This document shows positions 24,466 through 24,610 of a stretch of 24,610 bases of DNA, in pieces. The position numbers were made by a program, and so were the translations under genes. The notes beneath the pieces were generated by a model that was given only the letters and a program-made list of their open reading frames with translations, ran no database searches and was not told where the DNA came from. Source of the stretch: a virus (lineage: Duplodnaviria > Caudoviricetes); IMG/VR virus record IMGVR_UViG_3300032820_002549, positions 1-24,610 of that record; one strand, written 5' to 3'. Position 1 is the stretch's first letter, and every line of letters begins with the position of its first letter.

Positions 24466-24467
24466 TT

Positions 24468-24610
24468 ATGAATTTGATTAAACGAGTTTGGGGAAATGAA
24501 ATGACATGGAAAATTCTTGGCTGGTATACCACCATTACTGGAATGTTTCTGGCTGGGGTATTCGGATGGTTGGCGGGTATTGGTCTGGTGACTGTGATTG
24601 AACGCGGAGG
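24468..24610 (+). CDS. small membrane protein, truncated by window edge
   Basis: MNLIKRVWGNEMTWKILGWYTTITGMFLAGVFGWLAGIGLVTVIERG... Confidence 0.55.
   Translation, partial: MNLIKRVWGNEMTWKILGWYTTITGMFLAGVFGWLAGIGLVTVIERG

Noticed and set aside
13660-24610. CGCG looks more frequent in the right half than the left
   Set aside because: Probably follows the higher C content and GCG codon use of early genes; cannot be shown significant without counting

Overview
This window comes from a large T4-like (myovirus-type) lytic phage genome; almost all real genes lie on the + strand and are tightly packed. The left part is a late-type region with TATAAATA promoters. It holds three proteins with a T4-style capsid-targeting N-terminus (two are paralogs with an ADP-ribosyltransferase-like residue pattern), a secreted LamG protein with a Poribacteria-type C-terminal motif, an NfuA + IscA/ErpA Fe-S carrier pair and a GIY-YIG nuclease. 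The middle holds the conserved T4-like RNase H block, a HAD phosphatase, four tRNAs (Pro, Ala, Asn, Thr) and a putative restriction endonuclease + DNA methyltransferase pair. The right part holds a peptidase-VWA protein, a CobS/MoxR AAA+ ATPase, a GC-rich structured intergenic element and an array of tiny membrane proteins. Two repeated promoter families run through 8.2-21.4 kb: six sigma70-type copies (TTGAC-18 nt-TATAAT) and four ECF-sigma-like copies (TAAACCTTTT-N11-CGTCTAATATAGTGTA). All calls come from manual reading; no searches were run.
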